From an uncultured Planctomycetota bacterium (lineage in GTDB: Bacteria; Planctomycetota; Phycisphaerae; Tepidisphaerales; Tepidisphaeraceae), in contig CAWJEN010000005.1 of the NCBI GenBank assembly GCA_963841915.1, forward strand, positions 1,056,001-1,120,000: 64,000 bases of DNA, in the 5' to 3' direction. The translations under genes were made by a program, and so were the position numbers. Below, piece after piece: positions 9,774 through 20,077 of this stretch (its first letter is position 1; the number at the start of each line of letters is the position of its first letter). The notes beneath the pieces were generated by a model. The model was not told the DNA's origin. It did not search any database and saw nothing but the letters and a program-made list of their open reading frames with translations.

Positions 9774-12236
9774 GTGCGCCGGGTTCAAGGTCAACGACAA
9801 ACGACAACCTCGCGACTTCTCCAGGCTGCCGTTGTCGCGGGCCTGCTCGCGACCGCATCTACCGATGCCCAGGAGCCGGCCACGCAACCCGCCGGGCAAG
9901 GGCTCGTCACCGCTCGTGACGCCGCTGGTAAGACCGTGACCGACGTCCGGGTCGTCGGAAACGAGACCATCGGCGACACGCTCATTCTCAACACGGTCCG
10001 CACGCGACGGGGCGAACCCTTCGACGCCGAAACAGCCGAGAGCGACGTCCGACGCATCTTTGACCTACGTCGCTTCAGGCGCGTCGACGCCCGCTTCGCC
10101 CCGACGGCAGGAGGCGTGGAAGTCGTCTTCGAAGTGGTCGAACTCGCCCCGGTCGAGCAGATCGCGTTCACCGGCAACCGCGCCATTCCTGCAGAAAAGC
10201 TTCGACGCTTCATCGCCTATGAGGTCGGCTTCCGGGCGGGTCAGCGGGGCGACGACGTGCTCCTGTCGCTGGCGGCTGAGGCGATCGAGCGGCGTTATCG
10301 CGACCTGAACTACGCCCTGGTCCGCGTCGACGGCACCCGCGATCCTGCGACGGGCGTGGCGACATTTGCCATCACGGAGGGCCCGCTCGTCAACGTCCGC
10401 AACATCGACTTCCTCGGGGCAGACAGCTTCGGCGAGACGGAACTGAAGAAGCAAATCGGCACCCGCATCCGTTGGCCGCTGAAACTGTTCGGCCGCGACG
10501 GCACGCTTGACGAGCGACAGCTCGAAGCCGACGTCGCCTCGCTCCAGCAGTTCTACCGCCAGGAAAAGGGTTACTTCGACGCCCGTGTAGGGCGGCGGAT
10601 TGTCTGGTCGCCCGACCTCAAGGAAGTCCAAATCGAGTTCCTCGTCGACGAGGGCCCGCGATACGCGCTGGGCGACATCGAGTTCACCGGCCTTGATGTG
10701 GTCGAAGAAGCGGCACTTCGTGCGGCCATTGCGGCGGTCGATGTCGCGCCAGGTCAGCCGTTCGATGCCGAGAAGATTCGTCGGGCTACACGCGAAATTG
10801 TCAAGGCGTATGTCCCGTTCGGCCGCGTCTACCAGTCGCCAGGCTCTGGTGGCACGTCAGATCCCGACGACCTGCGCATTCGGCCGGTCACTGACTTTCG
10901 CCTCGAGCCGGGCATCGTTGATCTGACGTTTGCCATCGATGAGGGCAAACCCTTTGAGGTCGGCCGCATCCGCGTGCGTGGCAACGACAAGACGCAAGAC
11001 AAGGTGCTGCTCCGCCAGTTCGACCTCGCCCCCGGACAGGTCTACGACAGCGAGGCCGTCGAACGCGGCCTGCGGCGGCTATACGGGCTCGACTACTTCC
11101 AGCAGGTCCGTGTCTCTCCGCTGGCACCGCAAGCCGGGTTCGCCGACGAAGAGTTCGGCCGCCGCGACCTGCTCATTGAGGTCGAGGAAAAGAGCACCGC
11201 GCTCCTGAGCTTCGGCGGCTCGGTCAGCTCCAACGGTGGCGTGTTCGGTCAAATCAAGTACGACCAACGCAACTTCGACATCTTCGATTTTCCCGAGTCG
11301 GCGGGCGATATCTTCGGCGAAGCATTTCAAGGCGGTGGTCAGCGGTTGACGATTTCGCTCGAGCCGGGCACGGTTCGCACCAACGCGAGCATCAACTTTT
11401 TCGAGCCGTACTTCTTCGACCAGAACCTCGGCTTCGGCGCGACCGGTTACTACCGCACGACCCGCCGCCGCGAGTATCGCGACACGCGCGGCGGCGGTTC
11501 GATCCGGCTCGTACCACGCATCGGCCGAAACCTCAGCACGTCCATCAGCCTCCGCGGCGAAGACGTTCGCATCTTTGACCTTGACCAGCCGCTTGCCGAC
11601 CGTGCCCCCGAAATCGTCGCCGCCCGCGGTCACACGACGCTTACCAGCGTCGGCCTCAGCGTCGGGTACCAGGACGTCGACAGCCGTGTCGAAACCAGCC
11701 GCGGTTACGGCGTCGACCTCGGCTTCGAGGGCTTTGGTCCGCTTGGCGGACCGACTTTCCAGCGCCTGACCGCCAGCGGCAACGTCTTCGTGCCCGTTTA
11801 CGAAGATGATCGCGAACGCAAAACCGTTCTGGAGTTCCGGGCTGACGGTGGGGCGATCTACAACGACGCACCATTTTTCGAACGTTTCTATGCTGGCGGC
11901 ATCGGATCGATTCGCGGCTTCCGGTTCCGCGGCGTCAGCCCGCGAAGCGGCATCGACGATGACCCGGTTGGCGGTGACTACTCGGTCACCGGCACGGCGG
12001 CGGTCGGCTTCCCGCTCGTCGGGGAAGGGCTTCGCGGCGTCGTCTTCAGCGACTTCGGCAGCGTGGACGACGATGCGAGCCTCACTACGATCCGCGTGTC
12101 GGCCGGTGCCGGCATCCGCCTCAAGCTCGAGGCCGTCGGCAACGTGCCGCTCGCCTTCGACCTCGCCTGGCCCGTCAACAAACGTCCCGAGGACGAAGAG
12201 CAGGTCTTCAGCTTCTCGCTCGGCATTCTTCAGTAA
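9774..12236 (+). CDS. bamA: Outer-membrane protein assembly factor BamA
   Basis: POTRA-like repeats (GNETI, GNDKTQDKVLLR), FYAGGIGSIRGF motif, terminal FSFSLG; adjacent to skp-lpxD. Confidence 0.92.
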   Translation: MRRVQGQRQTTTSRLLQAAVVAGLLATASTDAQEPATQPAGQGLVTARDAAGKTVTDVRVVGNETIGDTLILNTVRTRRGEPFDAETAESDVRRIFDLRRFRRVDARFAPTAGGVEVVFEVVELAPVEQIAFTGNRAIPAEKLRRFIAYEVGFRAGQRGDDVLLSLAAEAIERRYRDLNYALVRVDGTRDPATGVATFAITEGPLVNVRNIDFLGADSFGETELKKQIGTRIRWPLKLFGRDGTLDERQLEADVASLQQFYRQEKGYFDARVGRRIVWSPDLKEVQIEFLVDEGPRYALGDIEFTGLDVVEEAALRAAIAAVDVAPGQPFDAEKIRRATREIVKAYVPFGRVYQSPGSGGTSDPDDLRIRPVTDFRLEPGIVDLTFAIDEGKPFEVGRIRVRGNDKTQDKVLLRQFDLAPGQVYDSEAVERGLRRLYGLDYFQQVRVSPLAPQAGFADEEFGRRDLLIEVEEKSTALLSFGGSVSSNGGVFGQIKYDQRNFDIFDFPESAGDIFGEAFQGGGQRLTISLEPGTVRTNASINFFEPYFFDQNLGFGATGYYRTTRRREYRDTRGGGSIRLVPRIGRNLSTSISLRGEDVRIFDLDQPLADRAPEIVAARGHTTLTSVGLSVGYQDVDSRVETSRGYGVDLGFEGFGPLGGPTFQRLTASGNVFVPVYEDDRERKTVLEFRADGGAIYNDAPFFERFYAGGIGSIRGFRFRGVSPRSGIDDDPVGGDYSVTGTAAVGFPLVGEGLRGVVFSDFGSVDDDASLTTIRVSAGAGIRLKLEAVGNVPLAFDLAWPVNKRPEDEEQVFSFSLGILQ

Positions 12237-12257
12237 ATCCTCCCAAGAGACTCCGCT

Positions 12258-12902
12258 ATGCACCACGCCCTCAAGCGCCCGCTCACCGTCGCAACGGCCG
12301 CCGCCCTGGCGATCACCGTCTCCATGCTCGCCTTCCAGCAGCCGGCGGCCACCGCCCAGGACGATGCCGTCAACGCTCCGGCCGATGGAGTAGGCGTGAT
12401 CGACTTCGGCAAGCTGCAGAGCGAGTCTGCGTTCGTCAAGGCACTGCAGGCAGAGCTGCAGGCGGCCGGCGAGGCAGCGGGGCAGGAGTTGCAACAAGCC
12501 CAGGCAACGTTTCAGGAAGACGTCAAAAACCTGCAGCTTTTGGCGGATGGCAGCGAGCAACGCCTGGAGAGAGAGCGCGAGCTCGGCGAGCGGCGGGCAT
12601 TGCTCGAGTATCGACAACAAGCGCTTCAGCAAGAGGTCGGTCTGCGTCAGAACGATGCGAACCTGAAGTTCTTCGACTTGGCCGAACAGGCCATCGCCGA
12701 AGTGGCCGAAGCTCGCGGTTTGGCCGTTGTCATCCGTAAGAACATTCAGGAGCTTCCCGATGACCGGGCCCGCTTGCGTCGCGTGGCGCCGAACGAGTTG
12801 GTGAACCTATTCCAGGGTCAGACGACGCTGTACGTCGCGTCGAATGTTGACATCACAAGCGAGGTCGTCGAGAAGCTCGACGCCGCCGCCGGTGGTGAAT
12901 GA
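12258..12902 (+). CDS. skp: Skp/OmpH periplasmic chaperone
   Basis: Signal peptide, GVIDF, coiled coil, AIAEVAEARGLAVV, DITSEVV; position between bamA and lpxD. Confidence 0.85.
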   Translation: MHHALKRPLTVATAAALAITVSMLAFQQPAATAQDDAVNAPADGVGVIDFGKLQSESAFVKALQAELQAAGEAAGQELQQAQATFQEDVKNLQLLADGSEQRLERERELGERRALLEYRQQALQQEVGLRQNDANLKFFDLAEQAIAEVAEARGLAVVIRKNIQELPDDRARLRRVAPNELVNLFQGQTTLYVASNVDITSEVVEKLDAAAGGE

Positions 12903-12929
12903 AGCCCTAAATGAGCCGACGAGTCGGCC

Positions 12930-14003
12930 GTGATGCAGACGCCCGTGAACTCCCCCGCCCCCGCCCAGTTGACGCTCGCTGATGTCGCCGCCCATTTGGG
13001 TGTCGCCGCCCCTGACGGTGCTGCCGAGGTGAAGATTGACGGCGTCAACACGCTCGACGATGCCGAGGCGGGCGACCTGACGTTCCTGGCCTCGCCGCTC
13101 TTTGCCGCCGCTGCGTCGCGAAATCAGGCGGCGGCGGTGCTGGTCGCTGAAGAGCTTGCCGACGCCGACACAAACGGGCGCCCGCGTCTGATCGTCACCG
13201 ACGCCGCCGCTGCGACCGATCGGGCGCTCGACTTGTTCGCCTTCGAACCGACGCGGCCGCCTGTCGGTGTTGATGCAACAGCCGACGTCGCCGAAAACGT
13301 GTCGATCGGGCGCGACGTCCGCATCGGGGCGGGCGTCTCTGTCGGGCCCGGCTGTGTCCTCGGGCACGGCACCACCCTGCACAGCGGCGTCAGCCTCGGC
13401 CACAACGTCGTCCTCGGCGACAACTGCGAACTGTTTCAGCACGTCGTCATTCGAGAACGCTGCACGATCGGCGACCGCGTCATCATTCACGCTAGTGCCG
13501 TCATCGGCACTGACGGCTTTGGCTACCGCTTCGACGGCCGAAGTCACCGCAAGATCGCTCACGTCGGTCGCGTCGTCATCGAGAACGACGTCGAGATCGG
13601 CTCGCTCACCGCCATTGATCGTGGCAAGTTTGCAGAGACTCGTATCGGGGCAGGAACGAAGATCGACAATCTTGTTCAGATCGGCCACAACGTGCGAGTC
13701 GGCCGACTGTGCATCATCTGCGGCGCAGTCGGCATTGCCGGGAGCACAACGGTCGGTGACGGCGTCATTCTCGCAGGCGGATCGGGTCTCAAAGACCACA
13801 TCAAGGTCGGCGACGGAGCACGCGTTGCCGGCTACACCGGCGTGGGTGGAGACGTCGAGGCCGGCGCCACGGTCATGGGCGCGCTCTACGCGATGCCGCA
13901 GAAGCAGTTCCTCCGCGAGCAGGCAGCCATGAGGCGACTGCCCGACGTGCTGAAGCAGCTCAAGGTACTGCAAGCGAAGGTCGACGCCATGCAGCGGGAT
14001 TGA
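12930..14003 (+). CDS. lpxD: UDP-3-O-acylglucosamine N-acyltransferase
   Basis: Hexapeptide repeats, IGTDGFGY, VEIGSLTAIDRG, GTKIDNLVQIGHNV. Confidence 0.95.
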   Translation: MMQTPVNSPAPAQLTLADVAAHLGVAAPDGAAEVKIDGVNTLDDAEAGDLTFLASPLFAAAASRNQAAAVLVAEELADADTNGRPRLIVTDAAAATDRALDLFAFEPTRPPVGVDATADVAENVSIGRDVRIGAGVSVGPGCVLGHGTTLHSGVSLGHNVVLGDNCELFQHVVIRERCTIGDRVIIHASAVIGTDGFGYRFDGRSHRKIAHVGRVVIENDVEIGSLTAIDRGKFAETRIGAGTKIDNLVQIGHNVRVGRLCIICGAVGIAGSTTVGDGVILAGGSGLKDHIKVGDGARVAGYTGVGGDVEAGATVMGALYAMPQKQFLREQAAMRRLPDVLKQLKVLQAKVDAMQRD

Positions 14004-14034
14004 GTCTTCGTCGGCAGCGCGGCGACGGTCACTG

Positions 14035-15201
14035 CTACGCGATAAACGTCTTCTTCTTCCGACCGCTGAGGTAGCTTTCCATCACGCAGTTGCTGAGCTC
14101 GCCGCTGGCGGTGTAGAAGCTCACGCCCTTGGTGAGCTTCGTGAGCTGATCGACGAAGCCAACCCAGTCCATGCCGTAGTAGTCCTCGACGAGGGCAAAT
14201 GTGGCGAATCGGCAGCCCTCTTTGCGGGCGAGTAATGCTTCCTTCAGCGTCGCAGCCGTGCTGCGAGGGTCTGGCGGGTAGAGCAGAAACACGTCCTTGC
14301 CCTCGACGTGTGCCGTGGGCTGACCATCGGTAATGATGAACAGTTGCTTCGTCTCGGCGGCCTTCCGCTTGAGGATGCGGCGGGCGATCTGCAGGCCCAT
14401 GTGCAGATTTGTAAAGTGCTGTGGAGCCCGCTCAATCTTGTCGATGGGCACGCGCAGTCGCACCTCGTAGTCGTAGATCGTCACAGGCTTTGGCGTGGCC
14501 AGCGGCAGCTCGCGTTCGCTGATCGGGTTGGCCCCGCTGTAGAAGCCGACGAAGTCGATCGTGTCCATCGGGAACTTGGACCGGATCATCGCCGCCATCG
14601 CCATCGCAACCTTCTTGGCGTTGTGCCAGCGGCCATACCGCATCATCGAGCCGCTCATGTCGAGCAAGACGACAGTGCTACACGAGCTGGTGCCCTCGTG
14701 CTGGTGCAACTCCATGTCCCGCTCGTCGAACGCGAGCTTGCCGCCGGCTTTGAAGTCGGGCAAACCGTGGCGATGGAGGCTGTTGTGCAGCGTCTTGTGG
14801 AGGTCGAGGTCGCTGACGGGGTCGCCGAACTGATAGGGCTTGGTGCCGTCGACGCGTTCGCCACCGGTGCCGGGGGTGGTCTTGCGGTGACCGTCTCGGC
14901 GGCCTTGCTGCATGTTCTCGAAGACCTCGAGCAGGGCCTTTTGCTGCATGCCCGTGACGGCCTTGGGCGTCAGACGCAGCTTACCGCTCTCGTCCTTCTC
15001 GAGCTGACCCTCCTTAAGCATCTTCTCGATGAACTCAGTAATATCCGGGTCTGCCTGATCCGGATTCTCCATCATCTGCTGGAGCGCATTCATGGCGTCG
15101 TCGCCATGACGCATCATGAGGTTCATGAGCTGGTCGCTGCCGAACAGGCCGTCCTGAGACGGAAACTCTTCACCGTCGAATTCGCCGTATGAGAACTTCA
15201 C
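14035..15201 (-). CDS. VWA (MIDAS) domain protein
   Basis: VLLDMSGSM, FTNLHMGL, IITDGQPTAH; KPYQFGD motif. Confidence 0.85.
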   Translation of the reverse strand: MKFSYGEFDGEEFPSQDGLFGSDQLMNLMMRHGDDAMNALQQMMENPDQADPDITEFIEKMLKEGQLEKDESGKLRLTPKAVTGMQQKALLEVFENMQQGRRDGHRKTTPGTGGERVDGTKPYQFGDPVSDLDLHKTLHNSLHRHGLPDFKAGGKLAFDERDMELHQHEGTSSCSTVVLLDMSGSMMRYGRWHNAKKVAMAMAAMIRSKFPMDTIDFVGFYSGANPISERELPLATPKPVTIYDYEVRLRVPIDKIERAPQHFTNLHMGLQIARRILKRKAAETKQLFIITDGQPTAHVEGKDVFLLYPPDPRSTAATLKEALLARKEGCRFATFALVEDYYGMDWVGFVDQLTKLTKGVSFYTASGELSNCVMESYLSGRKKKTFIA

Positions 15202-15219
15202 GTCTTATTCTACGAACGG

Positions 15220-15864
15220 TCAGACGCCGACGTTCCTGCGTGGGCTGGCGCTGCCGCTGAGGGTAAAAGTTTCCGCGGTGGCGGCTTCGGGGTTGACGCC
15301 TGGGCCAGCCGAGACACCGACCGTCAGGACCATCGTCGCCCGTCGCAACTGGTCATGATCCAGGATGCCGCGTCGCGTGTTGCCGCTGCTCCGCATGGGC
15401 TGAAATGCACAGCGGAAGTCGACGACGTTGCGCAGCACCACCCAGGCGGGGCCGCCGTCGATTGTTTGTCGAAGCTCGCCTGAGTCGTCATCAAATTCCC
15501 AGGCGATTGTGCGGAAGGCGACGGTGCCGTCCGCCAGGGTGTACGGCTCGTAGACGACAAACCCGACGTCTTCGACGGTCTCGCCTCTGGCGAAGTCTGC
15601 ACGGACCGACGGCGTGAGTGGGCCTGGGTCGTGTGCGGTGCCGGCACCGTTGTCCATGTCGTCGGTCGATCGCAGCAGCGCCAGCCCGCGATCAAGCGTC
15701 AGCCGGACCCGCTGCGACGTGTCACCGGCGGCGGCGTTGGCTTGGTACGACGCGAAACCCGCATCGGCCGAGACAGCTACCGCCGTCAGGACAGCCGCAC
15801 TGATGCTGACGGCGATGAGTAGTTCGGCAAGCCCGAGACCACGACGTTTGTTGAAGTTCTTCAT
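15220..15864 (-). CDS. Minor pilin (PilW/GspJ-like) with class III signal peptide
   Basis: MKNFNKRRG|LGLAELLIA with E at +5; last of three pilin-like genes. Confidence 0.75.
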   Translation of the reverse strand: MKNFNKRRGLGLAELLIAVSISAAVLTAVAVSADAGFASYQANAAAGDTSQRVRLTLDRGLALLRSTDDMDNGAGTAHDPGPLTPSVRADFARGETVEDVGFVVYEPYTLADGTVAFRTIAWEFDDDSGELRQTIDGGPAWVVLRNVVDFRCAFQPMRSSGNTRRGILDHDQLRRATMVLTVGVSAGPGVNPEAATAETFTLSGSASPRRNVGV

Positions 15865-15868
15865 GGCG

Positions 15869-18166
15869 TTAATCCTCGCGGTACGAGTCGGGAACGGCCT
15901 CAACGAGGACGTGGATGTTGATGCCGTCCGGCAGGGCGCGGTACGGGTTGTAGCGGATGTTGAGCCGCCCGTAGCCACCGGTTTCTGGAAGGGCGTCAGT
16001 GCTCGTGTTGGAGTCGCTCGAGCCGAAGTAGCCGAGCGTCGTGTTGCCGGCTCCGTCGCCGGTGACGATGATGGAGCCATCCACCACACCGACGCCGCGG
16101 ATGTCGATGTTACCGGCCACGACAACGCCCTTCATGGTGCTGGGCGCTTCACCGGGCCGCTCGAAGCTGCCCATCTCGATGTTCGTCTGCGGAGCGATGA
16201 TGGTCGCCGTCTCGTCGGCGAGATTCTCGAACTTGGTGTCGCCGGTGAACTCCCAAGAGTTGCTGAAGTGCGTGTACGCCGTCGAAAAGCCGTTGGCGAT
16301 GGGGCCCTTAAAGGTGCAGCTGTCAAAGCGAAGGTTGTTGCCCTCGTTGAACGCATGAGAATTGTCAGTCGTCAACGTCTTGGAGTTGCTGAACGAGCCG
16401 CTTTTCATCCGCTTGGCCCACCAGGATCCGTCACCGCTGCTGGTGCGGACGGTGCCATTGCGCTCGATGTCTCGCTCTACATCGACAAAGGTGACGCCTT
16501 CGAAGGTGACGTTCTTGAAGACGGCGTTCATGCCGCGTGGGATCGTGACGTTGCGGAGCGTCACATTTTCGAAAACCGGCCGCTCGTAGGTCGCCTGGAA
16601 GCTGCCTGAGCCGTAAGGCGTCTGCTCGACTGCCTTCTCGAACTCGACGCCGTCCGTCGTGACAGTGCGTTTTGCGTCGCTTGGTTGGAGCGTCGCGTTC
16701 TCGATAACGGTTGGCTGTAGCTCGACGCCCCAGTCGCCGTAGATGCTGCCGAAGGTGGCAAACGAGCCGGCGTCGGCCCAGAAGGTGGAGCCGATGTTGC
16801 TCCCGGTCCGCTTAATCCACAGCTCCTTGCCGTCACTGTTGGTGACTGGTGCCATCTGACGGTTTGGCGTGCCGGCATTCTCACCACTGCGGGCGGCGAA
16901 CGCTTCGGTCGCTCCCTCAAAATTCAATGGGTTGAGGTCGAGCATTTCCTCCGGCGGGGCACCAAATCGCACGGGGGCTGCGTCGGGTGAATCGGAGACG
17001 AGCGGGCCACGCATGAGGTCGCGAATCGTCTCGCCCTTGCCCCGGTTGTCGAGCCAGTTCTGCCAGGACTCGGCGCTGTCTCGCATGGAGACGGTGCCAC
17101 GGACCTTGGCGTAGAGGTCGCTCTTGTCGAGATACCCGTCGTTCCAACCGACACGAGCCGTGTCGCCGTCGAACATGGGGCCACCCGCTGCGTCGACAGC
17201 CGCCCAAAGGTCGGGCTCGTAGAGGCCGTCGGGGCCGGTGAACTCCAGCTTGCTGATCGACAGGTCGCCGTCGCTATCGAAACGCTCCAGCAATAGATCG
17301 AACTCGTCGATCCAGCCGTCGCCGTCGTAGTCGCTGAAACCTGCATCCTCGGCGACGGCGGCGACTGGTGAGTTGGTCTTGATGCGGTTGCCCCAGTCGG
17401 CACTCTCGCCGACGAGCAACTCGTGCCAATCGTCGAGCCGGCCCTCGAGCCAGGAGTCGAAGTGGGCAAAGTCGCTGAGAATGAGGTACGGGCTGAACTT
17501 GTTGGCCGTGCCCATGGCGACGGGGCCGTCAACGAGCGTGTTGCGGCCGAGTTGAATGCGTGTCTTGCCGACGACGGCAAAGTCGATTCGCTTGTCGAGG
17601 CTGAACCGCATACGGCTGGTCCGCGAGACTTCGCGGCTCGTGCCGACGTCGGTGGTTGCGGTCGCGGCGACTTCGATGAAGTGGCGGTAGTTACGACTGC
17701 CGGCCGTTGTCTCGTATGCGGCTGCGGGCAGCCGTTCGATGCGGACGGACAGCTCGCCACCGTTGAGTTGCATGCCGCTCATGGAGACGGAGTCGGGCTC
17801 GCTGACGACGGTCACGAAGTCGATGGCCGCCCAGTCGTCGGCGATGCGGTCGCGCATGCCGACGTGCGTTCCGTCGCCGTCGCTCCAGCCGAGCCAGACG
17901 TCGTCGGCGTCACCGCTGTCGAGTCGGCCTTTGGTGCTTCGTGGGCGAAGCGACGGGTCGGCGAGACGCGCCGCTTGCCAACGCAAACCCGACTCGGCCA
18001 ACGACCGGGCGCGGAGCGTGTCGGAGACGATGGCTGCACCGCGTCCGTTGAGCGTTGCGACGTGGAACATCGCCGTCGCCAGACCGCTGAGCAGAACGAG
18101 GTAGAGCATGGCCAAAACGGCCGCCGCCCCACGCCGCTTCCGATGGATGATTGGCTGCGTCTTCAT
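15869..18166 (-). CDS. Large PilX/GspK-like minor pilin with EF-hand-like loops
   Basis: RKRRG|AAAVLAMLYLVLL (no E5, as in PilX), ARSLAESGL; 765 aa. Confidence 0.7.
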   Translation of the reverse strand: MKTQPIIHRKRRGAAAVLAMLYLVLLSGLATAMFHVATLNGRGAAIVSDTLRARSLAESGLRWQAARLADPSLRPRSTKGRLDSGDADDVWLGWSDGDGTHVGMRDRIADDWAAIDFVTVVSEPDSVSMSGMQLNGGELSVRIERLPAAAYETTAGSRNYRHFIEVAATATTDVGTSREVSRTSRMRFSLDKRIDFAVVGKTRIQLGRNTLVDGPVAMGTANKFSPYLILSDFAHFDSWLEGRLDDWHELLVGESADWGNRIKTNSPVAAVAEDAGFSDYDGDGWIDEFDLLLERFDSDGDLSISKLEFTGPDGLYEPDLWAAVDAAGGPMFDGDTARVGWNDGYLDKSDLYAKVRGTVSMRDSAESWQNWLDNRGKGETIRDLMRGPLVSDSPDAAPVRFGAPPEEMLDLNPLNFEGATEAFAARSGENAGTPNRQMAPVTNSDGKELWIKRTGSNIGSTFWADAGSFATFGSIYGDWGVELQPTVIENATLQPSDAKRTVTTDGVEFEKAVEQTPYGSGSFQATYERPVFENVTLRNVTIPRGMNAVFKNVTFEGVTFVDVERDIERNGTVRTSSGDGSWWAKRMKSGSFSNSKTLTTDNSHAFNEGNNLRFDSCTFKGPIANGFSTAYTHFSNSWEFTGDTKFENLADETATIIAPQTNIEMGSFERPGEAPSTMKGVVVAGNIDIRGVGVVDGSIIVTGDGAGNTTLGYFGSSDSNTSTDALPETGGYGRLNIRYNPYRALPDGINIHVLVEAVPDSYRED

Positions 18167-18176
18167 GGTGTCTCCG

Positions 18177-18689
18177 TCAGGGCGTGCGGTACCAACTTGT
18201 GCGGGTGACTTCTCGTTGTGGCGATGCGGGTGTCCGCTGCCAGAGCACCACGACGTCCACGCGCATCGCGCCGGTGCCGGGCTCGGACAACGAAAGGCCG
18301 TCGACGGACGTGACCGTCACCTGCTGGGCGTACTGGTCGAGTTCCGGTATGGCAATTCTCAACGCGTCGATCGGGCCGGCGAGTCCGGTTGAATCAAAGT
18401 TGTGGAAGTCGTCGAGGTCGTTAAACGTGGGCAGAGTCTCGCCCGGTTCAAATCCGAACGTGCTGTCGCGGGTGATCGGGTCGTTGTAAGGCAGGTGGGC
18501 CATCGCCTCTTCGAGATGGCGGGCCAGGCTGCTGGCGACGGTGAGGCGACGAGCCTCACGATTGCTTTGCGTCACAGCGGCGAACAGCTCGGCGGCGGCA
18601 ACGCAGCCGGTCCCGACAATTACGATCGCCAGCGCTGCCTCGATCAGCGTAAAGCCGCGGCGGGATGTTCGTGGTCGTAGAGGCATCAC
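18177..18689 (-). CDS. Minor pilin (PilV/GspI-like)
   Basis: RRG|FTLIEAALAIVIVG prepilin motif; DLDDFH. Confidence 0.85.
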   Translation of the reverse strand: MMPLRPRTSRRGFTLIEAALAIVIVGTGCVAAAELFAAVTQSNREARRLTVASSLARHLEEAMAHLPYNDPITRDSTFGFEPGETLPTFNDLDDFHNFDSTGLAGPIDALRIAIPELDQYAQQVTVTSVDGLSLSEPGTGAMRVDVVVLWQRTPASPQREVTRTSWYRTP

Positions 18690-18754
18690 TTCTATAGATC
18701 GGATTCAGCCTGTGCTCAGTCAAGATGGGCAAGCTCGAATACGTTCGTCCGCAT

Positions 18755-18788
18755 AAGAAGAACGCCCACAGGCAGGACCTGTGGGCGT
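18755..18788 (-). terminator. Intrinsic terminator after pilC
   Basis: 11-bp stem ACGCCCACAGG/CCTGTGGGCGT followed on the minus strand by TCTTCTT. Confidence 0.65.
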
Positions 18789-18810
18789 CGAGGTTTCGGC
18801 TTGACCTGGT

Positions 18811-20028
18811 TCAATCGACCAGCGAGCTCATCTTGAAGATCGGCAGGATAATGGACATCGCGATGAAGCCGACGAGGCCACCCATGACGACGATCATGAG
18901 CGGTTCAATCATGGCTGTGCAGTTCTTGATAACGGCCTTAAGCTCACGGTTGTAGAACTCGCTGACCTCGTCGAGCACTTCGCCGAGTCGGCCAGATTCT
19001 TCGCCGGCACCGATCATCTGCACCGTCGCCCGCGGCAGCAGCGGCGAAGCGCTGAGCGGCTGACTGATCTTCTTGCCTTGTTTGACGCTGACGTACACGC
19101 TCCGCCACATCTTCTTGAAGTGGACATTGCCACTGATCTCGGCGGTGATGGCGATCGTGTCGAGCATTGGGACGCCCGCATTGATGAGCTGGCCCATCGC
19201 GTGCAGCGACCGCGTGATGTAGAGCGCACGAAACATCTTCTTGAACAGCGGCACCTTGAGCTTGATGTGGTCGAAAATGCTTCGGCCTTTGTCTGTCTTG
19301 AGGCCGATCATCGTGCCCCAGACTCCGACGACAAGAGCGCCGACCAGGATGTACCACTGGTTGATCATGAAGTCGCTCAGCGCCAGCAGGAACTTCGTCG
19401 GTAGCGGCAACACGGCCTCTTTGCCCTCGAACATCACCGTGAAACGCGGCAGGACGAACGTGAGCAGAAAGATTGTCACGCTGCACGCCAAGCCGCCGAT
19501 GATGCCTGGATAGATCATCGCACCGCGGACCTGTTGAACGGTCTCGATCTGCTGCGTGAGGTAACCGGCGATGCGGTCGAGCATCTTGCTGAAGCCACCG
19601 GACAGTTCCGACGCCCGCACCATGTTGACGTAGAGCGGGCCAAACTTCTTTGGATAACGCTGCAGTGCCTGGCTGAACGGCTTTCCGCTTTCGACATCCG
19701 CCTGAATCTGGCGGAGCATTTTCTGAAACTTGGGATTCTCCTGCTGGTCGGCAATGCCTTCGAGCGCAGCCCGCAGGCTGATGCCGGCCCGGACCATTAC
19801 GCTCAGCTGAGCCGTAAAGGCTTGTATGTCCTTGGATGACGGCCCGAGGGACAGACTGATGTCGGCAAGCGACTTCTTGGCCTTGGCCGACGCGGCGGGC
19901 GTGAGGCGGAGCACGTACTGCCCGCCTTGACGCAGTTGCTGCGAGGCCGCCTGGAGCGACGCGGCGGCGAGGGTTCCAGTGGAGACGGTGCCCGCACTGG
20001 TTCGAACTTCGTACTGGAAATGCGGCAT
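18811..20028 (-). CDS. pilC: Type IV pilus platform protein PilC/GspF
   Basis: QLSVMVRAGI, VESGKPFSQAL, AMIYP, LPLPT, MIGAGEESGRL, IEP..IILPIF. Confidence 0.93.
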   Translation of the reverse strand: MPHFQYEVRTSAGTVSTGTLAAASLQAASQQLRQGGQYVLRLTPAASAKAKKSLADISLSLGPSSKDIQAFTAQLSVMVRAGISLRAALEGIADQQENPKFQKMLRQIQADVESGKPFSQALQRYPKKFGPLYVNMVRASELSGGFSKMLDRIAGYLTQQIETVQQVRGAMIYPGIIGGLACSVTIFLLTFVLPRFTVMFEGKEAVLPLPTKFLLALSDFMINQWYILVGALVVGVWGTMIGLKTDKGRSIFDHIKLKVPLFKKMFRALYITRSLHAMGQLINAGVPMLDTIAITAEISGNVHFKKMWRSVYVSVKQGKKISQPLSASPLLPRATVQMIGAGEESGRLGEVLDEVSEFYNRELKAVIKNCTAMIEPLMIVVMGGLVGFIAMSIILPIFKMSSLVD

Positions 20029-20077
20029 CGTTTAGCCTCCTTGCAGGGTCACGGACGTCCCACCAACACGACACAAC

